From: Hyphochytrium catenoides
Taxonomy: Eukaryota; Protista; Hyphochytriomycota
Length of the DNA stretch: 64,000 bases
Reading direction: 5' to 3'
Assembly (NCBI GenBank): GCA_900088475.1
Contig: FLMG01001570.1
Location: forward strand, 62,001 to 126,000
Position 1 is the first letter of the stretch; every line of letters starts with the position of its first letter. The position numbers and the translations under genes were made by a program. The notes beneath the pieces were generated by a model. It did no database searches, was not told the DNA's origin, and saw only the letters and a program-made list of their open reading frames with translations. Positions 50,319 through 62,600 of the stretch are shown piece by piece.

Positions 50319-50982
50319 AGTTGGGTCTAAATCTGGCCGACTCGCTTACATTGTGTCATTGTCCTTAAGCTAGAATTCCCCGAACAGCTAAAAGCACATC
50401 TGAGCTTCATAATACCCCAACGCCAGGATGGACGTACTCCCAATGGAAGTACAGAAGACTTTGCAGATCCATGGGTATTAAGAGGGACCACCTCAATCTC
50501 TATAAATACTCGGCGCGCGCTCCCGAGAAGGTTTAAGTCTAGGAAGAGACCGATTCCCTCTTTGACTGAATATATTTCAGACTTTCTGGAGTTTGGCTGG
50601 AGATCTGCCAAGAGCTGCGGCATGCGAATATCGTCGGATTGAGCGTCAAAACGTAACTCCAAATTTGCGCGTTGGTATCGCTCCCGCCATCTTTCAAATA
50701 CGAAACGAAAGAAACACGCAACACCTGCTTCTTTATGGATAAAGTGTTTGATTGCTTGGAAAGAATACCCGTGAAACACTGGAATTATTTCCATTGGTTC
50801 GAAAATGGTTTGGGGGGATTTTGGGAGTCTTTTTGAGAAAGCTCAAGAAGCTCCAGATTTCCGGAGAGCTCAAGCAAGACCCACGTCTCGGTCCTGGACC
50901 TAAGGCTGCCTTGAAGCTCAGTAAACCCTCAAGCTCATAAAAGAAGACTAAATCAAACGCTATCGAAGAAGGTGGAGACTGT

Positions 50983-51879
50983 ATGATGGCTCAAAAGCGC
51001 GGAGCGTTCATACTTCTGGAAGGAGTCGACCGCTGTGGAAAGACTACGCAGTGCAAGAAGCTGTTAGGCTACCTCCAGACCCTTGGCGATGCAGAGTTTT
51101 TGCGCTTCCCAGGTTGTAGATACGATACGCTTCTCTGCAATAATGTGCTCTAATGGATAGCCTTGCGCAGACAGGGAGACCACTATTGGGCGGATGATCA
51201 ACTCCTACTTGCAGAACTCTTGTGACATTGACGACAGGACAGTGCATTTACTGTTCTCTGCAAATCGATGGGAAGCGGCGTAAGCATTTTGGAGTCTCTC
51301 TCTATCTCATTTATGCGTTAATATTTTCTACGAACATGGCAAAGGTCAAAGCTAGAGAAGATGCTCAAGGAAGGAAAGAATGTGGTCGTAGACCGCTATT
51401 CCTATAGCGGTGTCGCATTTTCGGCGGCCAAGAATGGACTAGATATATCTTGGTGCTACGCTCCAGAGCGAGGGTTACCGAAGCCTGATGCAGTCATTTT
51501 CCTAGACCTGCCGATTGAAAAGGTATGTCAGTGCCTGGTATCTGTGCCTGTTATCAGTAGCCTGTGCCATTATCAGTTGGGCCTGTCAACATTGCTTCTT
51601 CATGATCAGCACAGAACTCGTGTTAACGTTGCGTTTCTTCGCTGCGGAAACTCTCAATAGGCAATGCAGAGGGGAGATTTTGGTAATGAGAGATACGAGA
51701 AAAAGGCTTTCCAGGAGTCGGTACGCAGGAATTTCTTCTCTCTGATTGAGCACGAAAAATCGCTGTGGCATGTGTTGGATGCAAGCGATTCCATAGACAG
51801 AATAGCGGAGAAGATTCGGATCATTGCCCAGCAGACTATCGACATGGCACAGACAAGTCCCTTAAAGTATTTAGACTAG
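50983..51879 (+). CDS. DTYMK: Thymidylate (dTMP) kinase
   Basis: [66 protein letters not shown]. Confidence 0.96.
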
Positions 51880-52011
51880 TCGTAAACCGACTGCAATGCC
51901 GTTGGTTGGGCGGGAGGAGTCATGCTGCTATAAATAAGGTAGACACTAAAGGCGAAGGTTACGGTACAACAAGGAAGCAGCAGATAGCATCAAGAGCATC
52001 TAGGCATCCCT

Positions 52012-55000
52012 CTATCGATTCTGCAAGATTTCAAGGATCAACGTCCGGCTGAGGATGTGAAAGCCTTCGGTCTTAGTAACCGTGTCAAAATGTCTGCAGA
52101 TGTAAGATGTCCAAGGGGTTGGCGAAGCGTGTCAGACACAGTTGATAGAGCTCTCAGTCGATGTCAAGTCCACACAAGAACCATGTAATAAAGAAGAGGT
52201 GGAAGCAAAGGGACACACCTTATAATAAAGCTCAAGCACTGCTCTTTAATGCGCAAGGCATGCAAATCATCTGCTGTCTGTAGCATGTAGGAGACGTTTT
52301 CAATCGTCATGAGACCAGGAAGCTGAGACTCACACAAGGTCTGCCGGAAGGTTAGCAGGTAAAACCTCTTAATTCTCGGTATTATCATACGTAAAAGGAA
52401 TGGATTGGTACTACCTTGAGTCTGTCAATAGTGTAGAGGTCGGCGGCGATGTACAGCTCTATCACATTCTCTGGCTGGATATCCACCTGGTCCGTGTAGA
52501 GATACTGTAGGATTGCAAGGAAGATTGGCGCTCGCATATTTGGGATGACAATTTCTCCTTCTCTACTTTCTCGCATTCCTAAACGGAGTAGCCATTAGTC
52601 AGCAACATAGCTCACCGCTCAGGGACCCGGTGATAAATTGGGTACAAGGTTAAGGCTGTGCTCATTTCTCGTCCGTCTGTCCCTCGCTCATGGTGTCCTG
52701 CTGATTAACCACTCCCCTACCTCTTTTTGACTAGCCCTGAAGTCGGTTGAGTCGCTCAGATTCCTCTTCATTCTCTTTCGCACCGCCCTTCAGTGCTGAA
52801 GCCACACTCAGTCTGTCATTATCACCTTCTCCGACCCTTTGAAAGACTCGAAGTGCGACTCATGTCTCTCTATTTATCACGTGCTACAATCTATGCAATA
52901 ATTACGCTTTTTCTCTTACCTGATGAGAACATCGCCCGGAAGTGTTCGCAGCGTACAGCTAAGAATGCCTTGTGAGCATAGATGTTCCTTCCCTCAACTA
53001 TAAAGGTAACGTCACTGAAGTCGCTATTATCGACGAGGCGGCCAATATCTTCCAGGTATGACGACTCGACGACGGTCCTATTACGTGGAAACCCGATGTC
53101 TAGCCACACCGAGAGTGGCGCGAGTCAGCCACGGCAAAGATGTAACTAAAGTGTAGTTGCACACTTGCAAATAGACGATGAAATCTGGGAGGACACAGAG
53201 CTAAAGGTAGTCATAAAGGAAAGGGAAAGTTGCCACAGGGCGAGTTGAAGGAGATAACAGGGCCATGTAAGCTTACCGACTAGTGCAGTGGTGTGCTCAT
53301 TGTAAGATGCGACCTTGACGACGTGTTTTCCTCTTAGAGCCTCAACCACCTTGGGCTGTGTAACCTTTGCAGTGTCATTGTGACCAAGCTTGCCGTGATC
53401 ACCGTTGCCCCATGTGAAGACAACTCCTTCATCTAGATGCGCACGATAGCGTCAGTGGTCTGAGATGATGCGATGAACGTCCATCTTTTTGTCGCTCTTG
53501 GTAGAAAGGTCCTTGTTGCCGCACTCAAGCTTTGACCCCGGAAGCAAAAGTCCCTCTGCCTCTCCACTTCACAAGTAGCTTACCTGTGAGTGCCACAGTG
53601 TGACTCCATCCGCATGTAATCTGAACGACCCTTTGATCCCTCAGTCTCTCAACTAGGGTAGGGACCATCTGGTTGACCTTGTCGCCATGACCCAGCTGGC
53701 CATGTTCTCCACCGCCCCAAGTGAAGATGTGGCCTTCCTCTTGGAAATTAGACAACGTTAGTCCGCGAAGCCATATGCGTCACAAAAATCAAGACCAGTG
53801 CTGCTGTGTCTACCGGTACGATATGATAACTTGTCATTCAACTTCGATTGAGCCAGGTTTTAACTTATCACATACCAGTGATAGCAGCTGTGTGAAAGCC
53901 TCCACAGGAGACCTGCTTCACCTTACGCCCTACGAGCTCCTCCACCCTTAATGGCAGGTGCTGGTTTCTCTCAGAGCTATGACCCAGCCGGCCGAACTTC
54001 CCCTCTCCCCACGTAAACAGCTCTCCGGCATCTACGGCGAGTGTTTCATAGCAATATAAATGCAGGAAGTGGGTTGAATGAGACCAAAAGAAGGGGCTTT
54101 GCCATGGAATTAGCATTACCGGATACCACAGCTGTATGGAATCCACATGCCGAGATTTGTCGACAAGTAACCCCTGCTAGGCCGTCTACACGAGCTGGCA
54201 GAGAGAAATGTCCTGGAGTGGCAAAGTTAGTGGTTCACAAATCTATGCTGCTGACCGTACAGCACACAGTAAAATGATGACCATGGGATATCTCGCCAGC
54301 ATGACCTGGGCAGCAAAAAGACACAGGGTTGGAGAGATAGACAGAATAGGAGCGCTGGGTGTGCAAAGTAAGGGGAAGAAAGGAAGGACCCGTCTAGCAC
54401 TTTACCATCGACATCTCCATGACCCGAAACGCCATTTTCCCTATCTCCCCAAGTGTAGACAGTGGCATCGTCTGAGAGCTGGTGTCAGTAGCATTTGCAA
54501 CAGATGTATGGATAAGAAAAGGCTGCTGTGGCCTGAAAGGTGCAGACAAGAACAGGACCAGGAGAAGGCCCAAGCGGGACAGCAATGTCATACCGAGCAG
54601 TACTACGGTGTGGCGGCTCCCGCATGCTACTTGCTCCACTTTCTTGCCCTTCAGCGCTTCAACCAGGCAGGGTGTAGAGTGTCCACTTTCATTTCCATGT
54701 CCTAGCTTTCCATACATTCCTCCACCCCAAGTATAGAGCTCACCAGTGTCTTTTACATTAGAAGAGGTCCCGTGGTAGGAGCGGAAGAGATAATTTGATG
54801 AGAGTCGGAGTCTATCTAGGCGAAAGGTTAGGGAGAAGCCTCAGAGTAGGAGTGTCCGATTAGGGAGACCGAAATGCGGAAGCCCTGCTTGAGACATTAG
54901 CCGGAGGAGGAAGAGATAGCGAGTGTCGGACCTGTTACTGCCGCGGTGTGATAGCTCCCACACGTCACCTGCTTGACCCTTTTGCCTCTGAGCGATTCAA

Positions 55001-55384
55001 TGAGTCTTGGCACATACTTCCACCCGTTATCTCCATGCCCTAGACGACCATCATCGCCTCTGCCCCAGGTATACACTTCTCCTTTCTCTGGACACCATGG
55101 GGACGACAAAGGGTCAGATGCAACCATAGAGATATTCGGGCCATTGGTGTCGACCTTTACCTGTGAGAACTACTGTGTGACCACTGCCGCAAGCGATGAG
55201 GCTGACACCCTTGTCCATCAAAGCCTCCACAATGGCAGGCTTATGCTGATCGCTTGTGTCCCCCAGCCCCAGCTGTCCATCCTCGCCCCGACCCCAGCTA
55301 TAAACGACTGAAATACGACCAACAAAGGCTCTACTTAGCAGAGAGAAAGCAAGAATGCTGTTAGGAGGAGTGCTTACTGGCCAT
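52012..55384 (-). CDS. RCC1-repeat plus BTB/POZ domain protein (RCBTB-like)
   Basis: Repeats VYSWGRGEDGQLGLGD, YTWGRGDDGRLGHG, WGEGKFGRLGH, WGGGEHGQLGHG; BTB FSDVTFIVEGRNIYAHKAFLAVRCEHFRAMFSSGMRES...FLAILQYLYTD. Confidence 0.92.
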
Positions 55385-56399
55385 TCCCTGTAGTAGACGC
55401 CAGACTAGCTCTCAAGCTTTTCTTCGAAAGAGCTCCTTTCGTTGCAAGGCGTGCGAGCTCACAGCTGCCCTCTTATCAGCACACAAGTAACTTGAGGCAG
55501 ACGAAGATCTGTGAGCTGCAGGCACTGTACCTTTCAGCCCTTACTTCCCAGCTTAGAGTGTCTTGAAGAGGCGATTGTTGCTGTTTGTAATCCCTGCACG
55601 GGCGATTTTCTGCTTTCTACTAAACCTTTACTAAACAACCAAAAGTATAGCTCAGCTACCACTGTCAGAGGCAGGACAATTACAATGTTAAGAACTTCAT
55701 AAGACTTGTTTTGTTGTACAAGCGGTAGAGTTGGTACGCCAAGCGTCAGAAGTGCGAACGTCTCAAGCTTCGTTTGTAGGCAGCGGCACAAGAACGGCCG
55801 CGGCAGAGCAGTCAGCCATGGCTCTCGCCATAGGAGCTAAGGCTTAGAGAGCCAGCCAAGTGCGGACCCATCAAGAGAGGATAAGTGGCGCCAACAGGCA
55901 ACAGGTTCCTTCACATCGGCAGGAGATCTCTTGTGGACTGTTGAGGAAGCAGCATGAATGGAGATTGAAAAGTCACTCTAGGGGGACTAGGCTTCAAAGA
56001 AGTACAAGTCCTCTCATTGGGCGACACATCGTGAGCTGATTGCTTCCTGAAATGGATCTGTACGGGGTGACGTTTGTAGATTAGCTTGGATCATGGTTCT
56101 TCCACACTGGCCTGCCAAACCCTGGCACCAGTGGGCACCAAGCATTCATTTTGCACTAGAAAGAGAAAGCCCGCATAAACGTCCAGATGCCATTGCTTTA
56201 TAAGTAACCAAGAAGACCTCTACATGGAGAAGGGAACAAGGGCAGAAACGTATTATACGGTCCTCCTGACAGAAGGAAGTATCATATAAGGCTTCAGGTA
56301 GGAGAGAAATGGTGAAGGAAAGCAAAGAAGAAGACTGACGGGGATAGCGCAGAGGAAAATAGTGAAGATAGATGACACGCTTGACTAGGACCAAGGCGC

Positions 56400-57358
56400 C
56401 TACTCGGTCACCAATGGCAAAATATCATTATCATCGCCCTCGTGCTCGTCCAAAGTTAACAAGGAAGAAGAGCTTATAAAACTCTCAACCGCTTCCTTGT
56501 CCTCTGGACGGAAGATAACCATAAGCCGGGTATTGGCGAACCGCCCGTTGCTGCCATCTGATATAGCTTCGGAGGTTTGCAGAGCCTCTTCATGCTTGAT
56601 GAAACGAATTTGCAAAGAATGTCGTTGACTAGCCTCTTCTATTTCCTGGCCCCACATGCTCCAACGAGGTGTGAAGGAGATGATGGCCAAAGAAGGGTGC
56701 AATGACTCTCCTCTTCCCATCTCCTGGCAGGCAGGACTGGATCTCAGGAGGTCTGCCAATGTATGAAAGAGAGAGGCAACGGCACTTGCATAATAAATAA
56801 GGTCAGAACCCAGTACCAATATCGGGCGACCCGCCGTCCCATGCGCATTCCTAGCTTCAGTCACAGGGCCAACCCCTTTACCCCACTCAAGAAAGAGCGG
56901 TTTGACTCTTGCCTTGAGCCCATTCCGCGCGATATTGTGAGCAACGAGCTCCAAGACGTCAGCCTCGCCATCCGTTAGCAGAACTAAGGGTTTGAATGCG
57001 AGCCGACCTGCTATAGATGCTGCAGCCAGCCCGGTGAGGCCGTGTCCGCAGCCTAACTCTACAACGTCCCTCTCCTTGAGGATAACATGGTGGGAGAGGA
57101 TAAACCAGCAAAGAAGTCGTCCAGCTGGGCTCGTCCGAAAGCCTTACACATCGAGTTTCGTGATGGTCAGTTAGCGAGATGTAGGGCCGTCAGAATGAGC
57201 ATATACGGGCACTTACCGGTTCCGTCCAGCTGACGTGAGGTACTCCTTACGGCCTCATAATGTGCAGCCTGAGAACGGCAATAAATGTCCAGGGACAATT
57301 CCGAGCCAAAGGTGCACTTCTCGAGGTTATATAGTTCCGAAAGCTCTGAACTGTCCAT
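56400..57358 (-). CDS. Methyltransf_16 (METTL21-like) protein methyltransferase; 2 exons
   Basis: Motif I VVELGCGHGLTG, post-I LLTDG, LEWG, DXXY motif VLGSDLIYY. Confidence 0.88.
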
Positions 57359-58239
57359 GACTAGAGTCCAGCTCCGATTCCTTCCCGCTTGACCTTCCTT
57401 CCGCTACCTTTAAAGGGCAACCCCGCCTTCTCCCTGCGGTATGTGAAGAGCTCGCTGCCGCTCTTCACGACCTACGAATTGTCAAGAGCTGCACACCAAG
57501 GAAATGCCGCTTCAGCCTTCTGAGTGATGTGGAAGACGAGGACAAGGTATGAAGGCCTCGACACAGCACAACCCAGTCATTGCTACTTGTTTATAATACC
57601 GCTAACGGCCAACAAGAGCAGCGATGCACGCGCTAAATGTTGGAAGGGCCTGAACTAGACTCAAAGGAAAGAAGGAACCGCTGCTGATGAGGCCAACACA
57701 TCGTCAGAAAGAGTCAGGGCATTTGAGGCCAACACATCGGCCAAAGAAGGATGGACGAGGATGCAGTCGTACTGTGCAGAAGAGATATCAGTCAACGAGC
57801 TTTCTGTCCACCACATTCCAAGTGCCAGAGAGCAGATCAGGATGAGGAATTAGGTTATTGATCCAATAAGCCTGTGAAGACGACAGTTTTTGTTTAGGTT
57901 CATCACCATAATAAGGAGCTTGTGTTCTTCAAATATTGTCCTTATCATTTGGACTTTCTGTCCCGCTGTTGTGCTACTCTGGTAATACGAAGGTTGGCTC
58001 CCTTATCAAGATGCAGACAAAGGCTCGTTCTTCACATCAGCCTCACAGCTACTTCCTCTTTCGGCGTCTAAACTTAGAGCTAAGTCCTCTTATCGCGCTG
58101 CTGCACCCCAGTCAGTAAATTGTATTGTGTTTCTAAACCTTACTGCTCTCTATAAAGCTGGAATTCAGTCTTGGCGCCGCTTGGCGCCTAGTCGCCCTAA
58201 GGCCCTTCCAGCCTCGCCACCAAAGATACCTACCACTAC

Positions 58240-58614
58240 CTAGAATAATGCATCCAGCGCCGCTCTGTCCTTGCATTCGTCCTCGCCAAGCTTCATCACA
58301 GGCTTGCCGTTATCCCACTTAATTAGAGTGGGTACTCCCGCGATTCTGAGGTCAGGGTTAACGCGATACGGGTGGGTATGTACTCCCTTCCATTCTTCCC
58401 TTTGTCCTACTAAGCATTCCACAAAGTACGCGTCTGGATGCGAGCTGAAAGCATCTTTGATGGGCTTGCTCGCTTCCCTGCAGTCCGGGCACCAGGATTC
58501 GTTCGTTCCAGGATGATTGTTGGCCACAAAGTAGAGATAAAGAGGTTGATGGCTCTCAAGCTCCTTAAGCTTTGTCTCGAATTCTGAGGGCTTGGATATG
58601 GTGACAGACGGCAT
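58240..58614 (-). CDS. TXNDC17: Thioredoxin domain-containing protein 17 (TRP14, DUF953)
   Basis: SWCPDC active site, VGQREEWK...HPYR...LRIAGVPTLIKW. Confidence 0.93.
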   Translation of the reverse strand: MPSVTISKPSEFETKLKELESHQPLYLYFVANNHPGTNESWCPDCREASKPIKDAFSSHPDAYFVECLVGQREEWKGVHTHPYRVNPDLRIAGVPTLIKWDNGKPVMKLGEDECKDRAALDALF

Positions 58615-59628
58615 CGTGCGAGATAGAAAGCCACGAATAGCAGTCGCCACGCCTGGCAGGCTTCGGACACTTCTTCTTGTGGGCGGCAAAATTGTTCCTT
58701 TAGAAAATGCAAGAGAATGAAGCAAATCAGAGATGTGACGAAGGAAGATGTTAAGCGTTGTATCCTCCTGCCGTCGTCTACAAGATCTTATTCTCTTGTC
58801 TCTGTGCAGTTGAGGCCTCTTCTTCAGTTCGATGGGCAGCTCCAGACGTCTTCTCAGTCTTGGCGATACGTAAGGCGCTGGTCTCCGCCCGTTGGGTCTC
58901 GACTGGATAGCAGGAAAGTTGAAAAATGGAGAAAGGTGCGAATGATCTTTTCTTCTTCCAAGAAGAGGAGGACAAACGCGAAACAGAGGGAGTTAGAGAT
59001 GGGTGACGTTGAGAAAGAATGATCTATCAGATAGACTAAATAGGGAGAGGGTCTGAATAGATACATGCGCGATGCGTCAGAGAGCTCGAGATAACATGAA
59101 CACGAGGCCTGGTTACTTGTACAAGTAGAGAGAGGGATATTGGTCAAGCGTGAGATTGTACAATGACGCTTTGGACTCGTCTAATTCCTGACTTTACGAT
59201 CTCACCGGGTGCGCTGTACAGTACAGTAACACCCTTGAAGCTGCCAATGCCAAAGCTCCAGCAGCCCACATCAGCACCGCATCAGACAGCTTCACGACCA
59301 TCATCCCCGTCTCTATTGATCTCTCTCCTCCTTCTTCAACCTCCTCTTGGTGCTCATCGGGCACGCTATCCTCTCACCACGTGCTATCCCCCAGCTTGTA
59401 GCTTGTACGTGGCCTAGCTTGTCCCTCGGTCAGGCCTAGCGCTGCAAGCTTCGGAGCTTATCATAGTTCCATGGCGGCGATCGTGGCAGAGCTCCAAATA
59501 CGATGAAGCTTAAACGACAGGAAGTAGAAGGTTTTTCTGAGCGAGAGTCACAGTAGCCTTTCCCCACGGCATATTGGTCAATAGAGCTTGCTGAAGCCTT
59601 GGGGTCAGGATCACGTCAAGGTTTAGCC

Positions 59629-62600
59629 ATGGAGGAATTCTATGCCGGGAAGGTGATCCTCCTTACTGGAGGCACCGGATTTATAGGGAAGGCAAGTGGT
59701 TTTTCCTCCTCCCTTTCATCTCTGCGAGGCCTTTCCATCAATCAAGCATTATCAGCGTCCTACCTCTCTCCTTACACTGACCGTCTCTGCTTCCCCTCCA
59801 TGGCTTTTTTTGCCACGGTTCTCCTCACTGAACTTTCTCCGGATTCCCCTGGGCTTAACTCACTTTGGCGACTGACACGTAACCCCATTACGTAGGTCAT
59901 CATACAAAAGCTATTCAGCTCTTTGATGATGATCGAGCGCTGCTACTGTCTAGTGAGGNNNNNNNNNNNNNNNNNNNNNNNNNNNNNNNNCTCGCTCACT
60001 TTTTGGCCTTTATATTGACGTCTCTACCTCTATATTGCGATTGCACTTCACAGTCCGATCTTCGCTAAGGAGAGAGAAGTTTACGGCCAAGAAGAGTTCT
60101 TGCGCCACTTCACATATAAGTTCAAGGCTTTGGAGGGAGACGTAAGCACCGATAACTTAGGGCTGTCTCCTTCAGCCCTCTCCCTCTTATCGGCGGAACT
60201 GAACATTATAATCCACTGCGCCGCAACTGTGGACTTTAACGAGAGACTGGACATTGCAGTGGATATGAATTGTTTAGGGACTCTACGGATGCTAGAACTG
60301 GCTCATAGTGTGAAACATTTGCACGCCTTTGTCCATGTGTCTACGGCCTATAGCAACAGTAACAAGAGAAACAGCAGAATAGAGGAAAAGGTAAGCATCG
60401 GTGGCAGGAGAAGCTTTCCAACGTCTGGATCCTCTCTCTCTGACTGTTAGTCAAGATGCGGTCCCCCAAGCACTTTAAGTTCCATTCGTTTGCTTCTTAG
60501 ATCAGCTAGAGTTTCAAAAGATATAGGACAGAAAATGAGGGGCTTATCTCTCTATATGTAGTATGAGCTCGGGTTGTGGATGAAGCAACAAGGAGCGATG
60601 GNNNNNNNNNNNNNNNNNNNNNNNNNNNNNNNNNNNNNNNNNNNNNNNNNNNNNNNNNNNNNNNNGAGGCGACTCCGGCGGAGTTGGAGAAGCTAACTAT
60701 CAACCTCATCAGCACCTACCCGAATACTTACACGCTAAGCAAGGCCATGGCGGAGGTGGGTATTGGACATCCCGGTGCCTATGTGTCAAAGGTCCAGGGT
60801 GTAATCCTGTCCTGACGGAGGTGCTCAGGCTACCTTTCGTTGCCTTTTTGCCAGCTACCCCCAATATATTGCTAACCAAAAAGCCTACTCTGCGCCTATC
60901 TGTCTTTCTCGGTCTGGCGCCTATGCAAGTAGTCTGAATCTACCGTCCCTCTCTTACAGAATCTGGTGATGAGGCGCAGGGGGACGCTTCCCGTCATTGT
61001 CGTCCGGCCATCTATTGTGGGCGCGTCATGGAGGGAACCATTCCCTGGATGGGTTGATAATGTCTCTGCAGCTGGAGTCATTTTCCTGGCGGCAGGGCTT
61101 GGGATGATGACCGTCATTCCAGGCAACCCAAGAGGAATCGCAGATCTTGTACCGGTAGATATTGTTACGGCAGTGGTTCTCGTATCAATAATGCAGGTAA
61201 AATATTGGGCTGCTTTGGCTTGGAGGTTTATTTCCTGTCTTCTGTCGATCATAAACCCCAGCTTGAAGTCAATGACTGGTAATGGGAGTCGCTTTCTCTT
61301 CTCATTTCGGTCCGCTTCACCCTAACTTTATGTACCAAGCCCTTGTACTGATCCGATCTCCTTGGACACAACGGTTTACTCAACATCAGTACGGGGGTCG
61401 CAATGACCTGACCGTGATCCATGCGTGCACAAGTGATGAGCGTGTTAACCCGATGAAGTGGAGAATCGCTGGGAAGGTTATGGATCGGGATTACTTTAGG
61501 AAGAACCCTTGCGAGCAGCGAATAGGTAAGGAGAGGCTCAGCACTGAATAACCATCGCTCATGGATTGTCATACTGTTCAACCAACATGTAGGGCCTAAT
61601 CATATCTCGATGATACAAAACGAGCAGTACTATGAGCTGCAATGGTTTCTTCGCTATTCGCTTCCGTCCAGCCTATACTCGTTCATGGCCTCCATTTTGG
61701 GAGATGCACGGACTACGGAGCAGGCAGCCAGGTGAGATTCTACCCTTATAGTCCTTGGTAGCCGTCGTGAAGTATGCATCTCCTACGCAGGTACCCTTTG
61801 TTAATGTGATGCACTAACAACGTTCATTACCTTATACAGACTTAGGAAATTAACCTGGAGAGTGCGGAACATTACAGAGGCATATCGGCCTTTCACCCAG
61901 AATGAGTGGATTTTCGATTGCGAGAAACTCCTCATCCTTAAGGGATCTTTGGCTGGAAGGGATGCAGATACCTTCAACCTAGACGCCCGGGAGATCGTTT
62001 GGGAGAGGTAAGGGTCTATTAGCCTCCATATATTCTTCTCACCATGTTCCTGTGTCCTTGGCTATTGAGATCTTTTCTTCACGTGTACCGTCATACCTTA
62101 GGATTTCGCGGATCTTCCTCTCGGATCCTTACTTTCTTCGATCTCAACAGGTATCTCCAGAACTTCTGCTATGGTTTGAAGAAGTGGGTGCTTCACGAGG
62201 ATATGGTTGATGTGTCTGAGGAGGCTGTGAAACATACTGAACTGGCCCTAACCACCGGAAGGATTCTAGAGTGGTAAGCGAAGCATGAACACAGCAAAAC
62301 GATGCCCTTGGGTGAAGAAGGGATGCTTGCGGGCTGAGTAACAGCTCCATGAAAGAGAAAAAGCGGTCTGGCCCCAACTTTTAGGCGTCAGCATGCACCA
62401 ACCCCATAGAAGTAGCAAAATAGAGTATGCGGAGGGGGACCCGTAACCACGAAGGCTAAAGTGCTCTTTGCCTTAGGGATCCTGACCATCATCGAATCTC
62501 CTTCCCTGGGTTGTTTGCCGACTTATCGTGGGCATACACCAGCAGCCGCAAACCCGGCTATACTAAATCAGGGCTACTTGGAAGGTAGGTTGAAACGGAG

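Noticed and set aside
50327-50794. 155-aa minus-strand ORF
   Set aside because: No recognisable domain; lies in a divergent promoter region; unsupported.
46823-54752. Several AAG 3' splice sites (CLPP, DTYMK, RCC1-BTB)
   Set aside because: A handful among roughly 100 introns is within the ordinary eukaryotic range.
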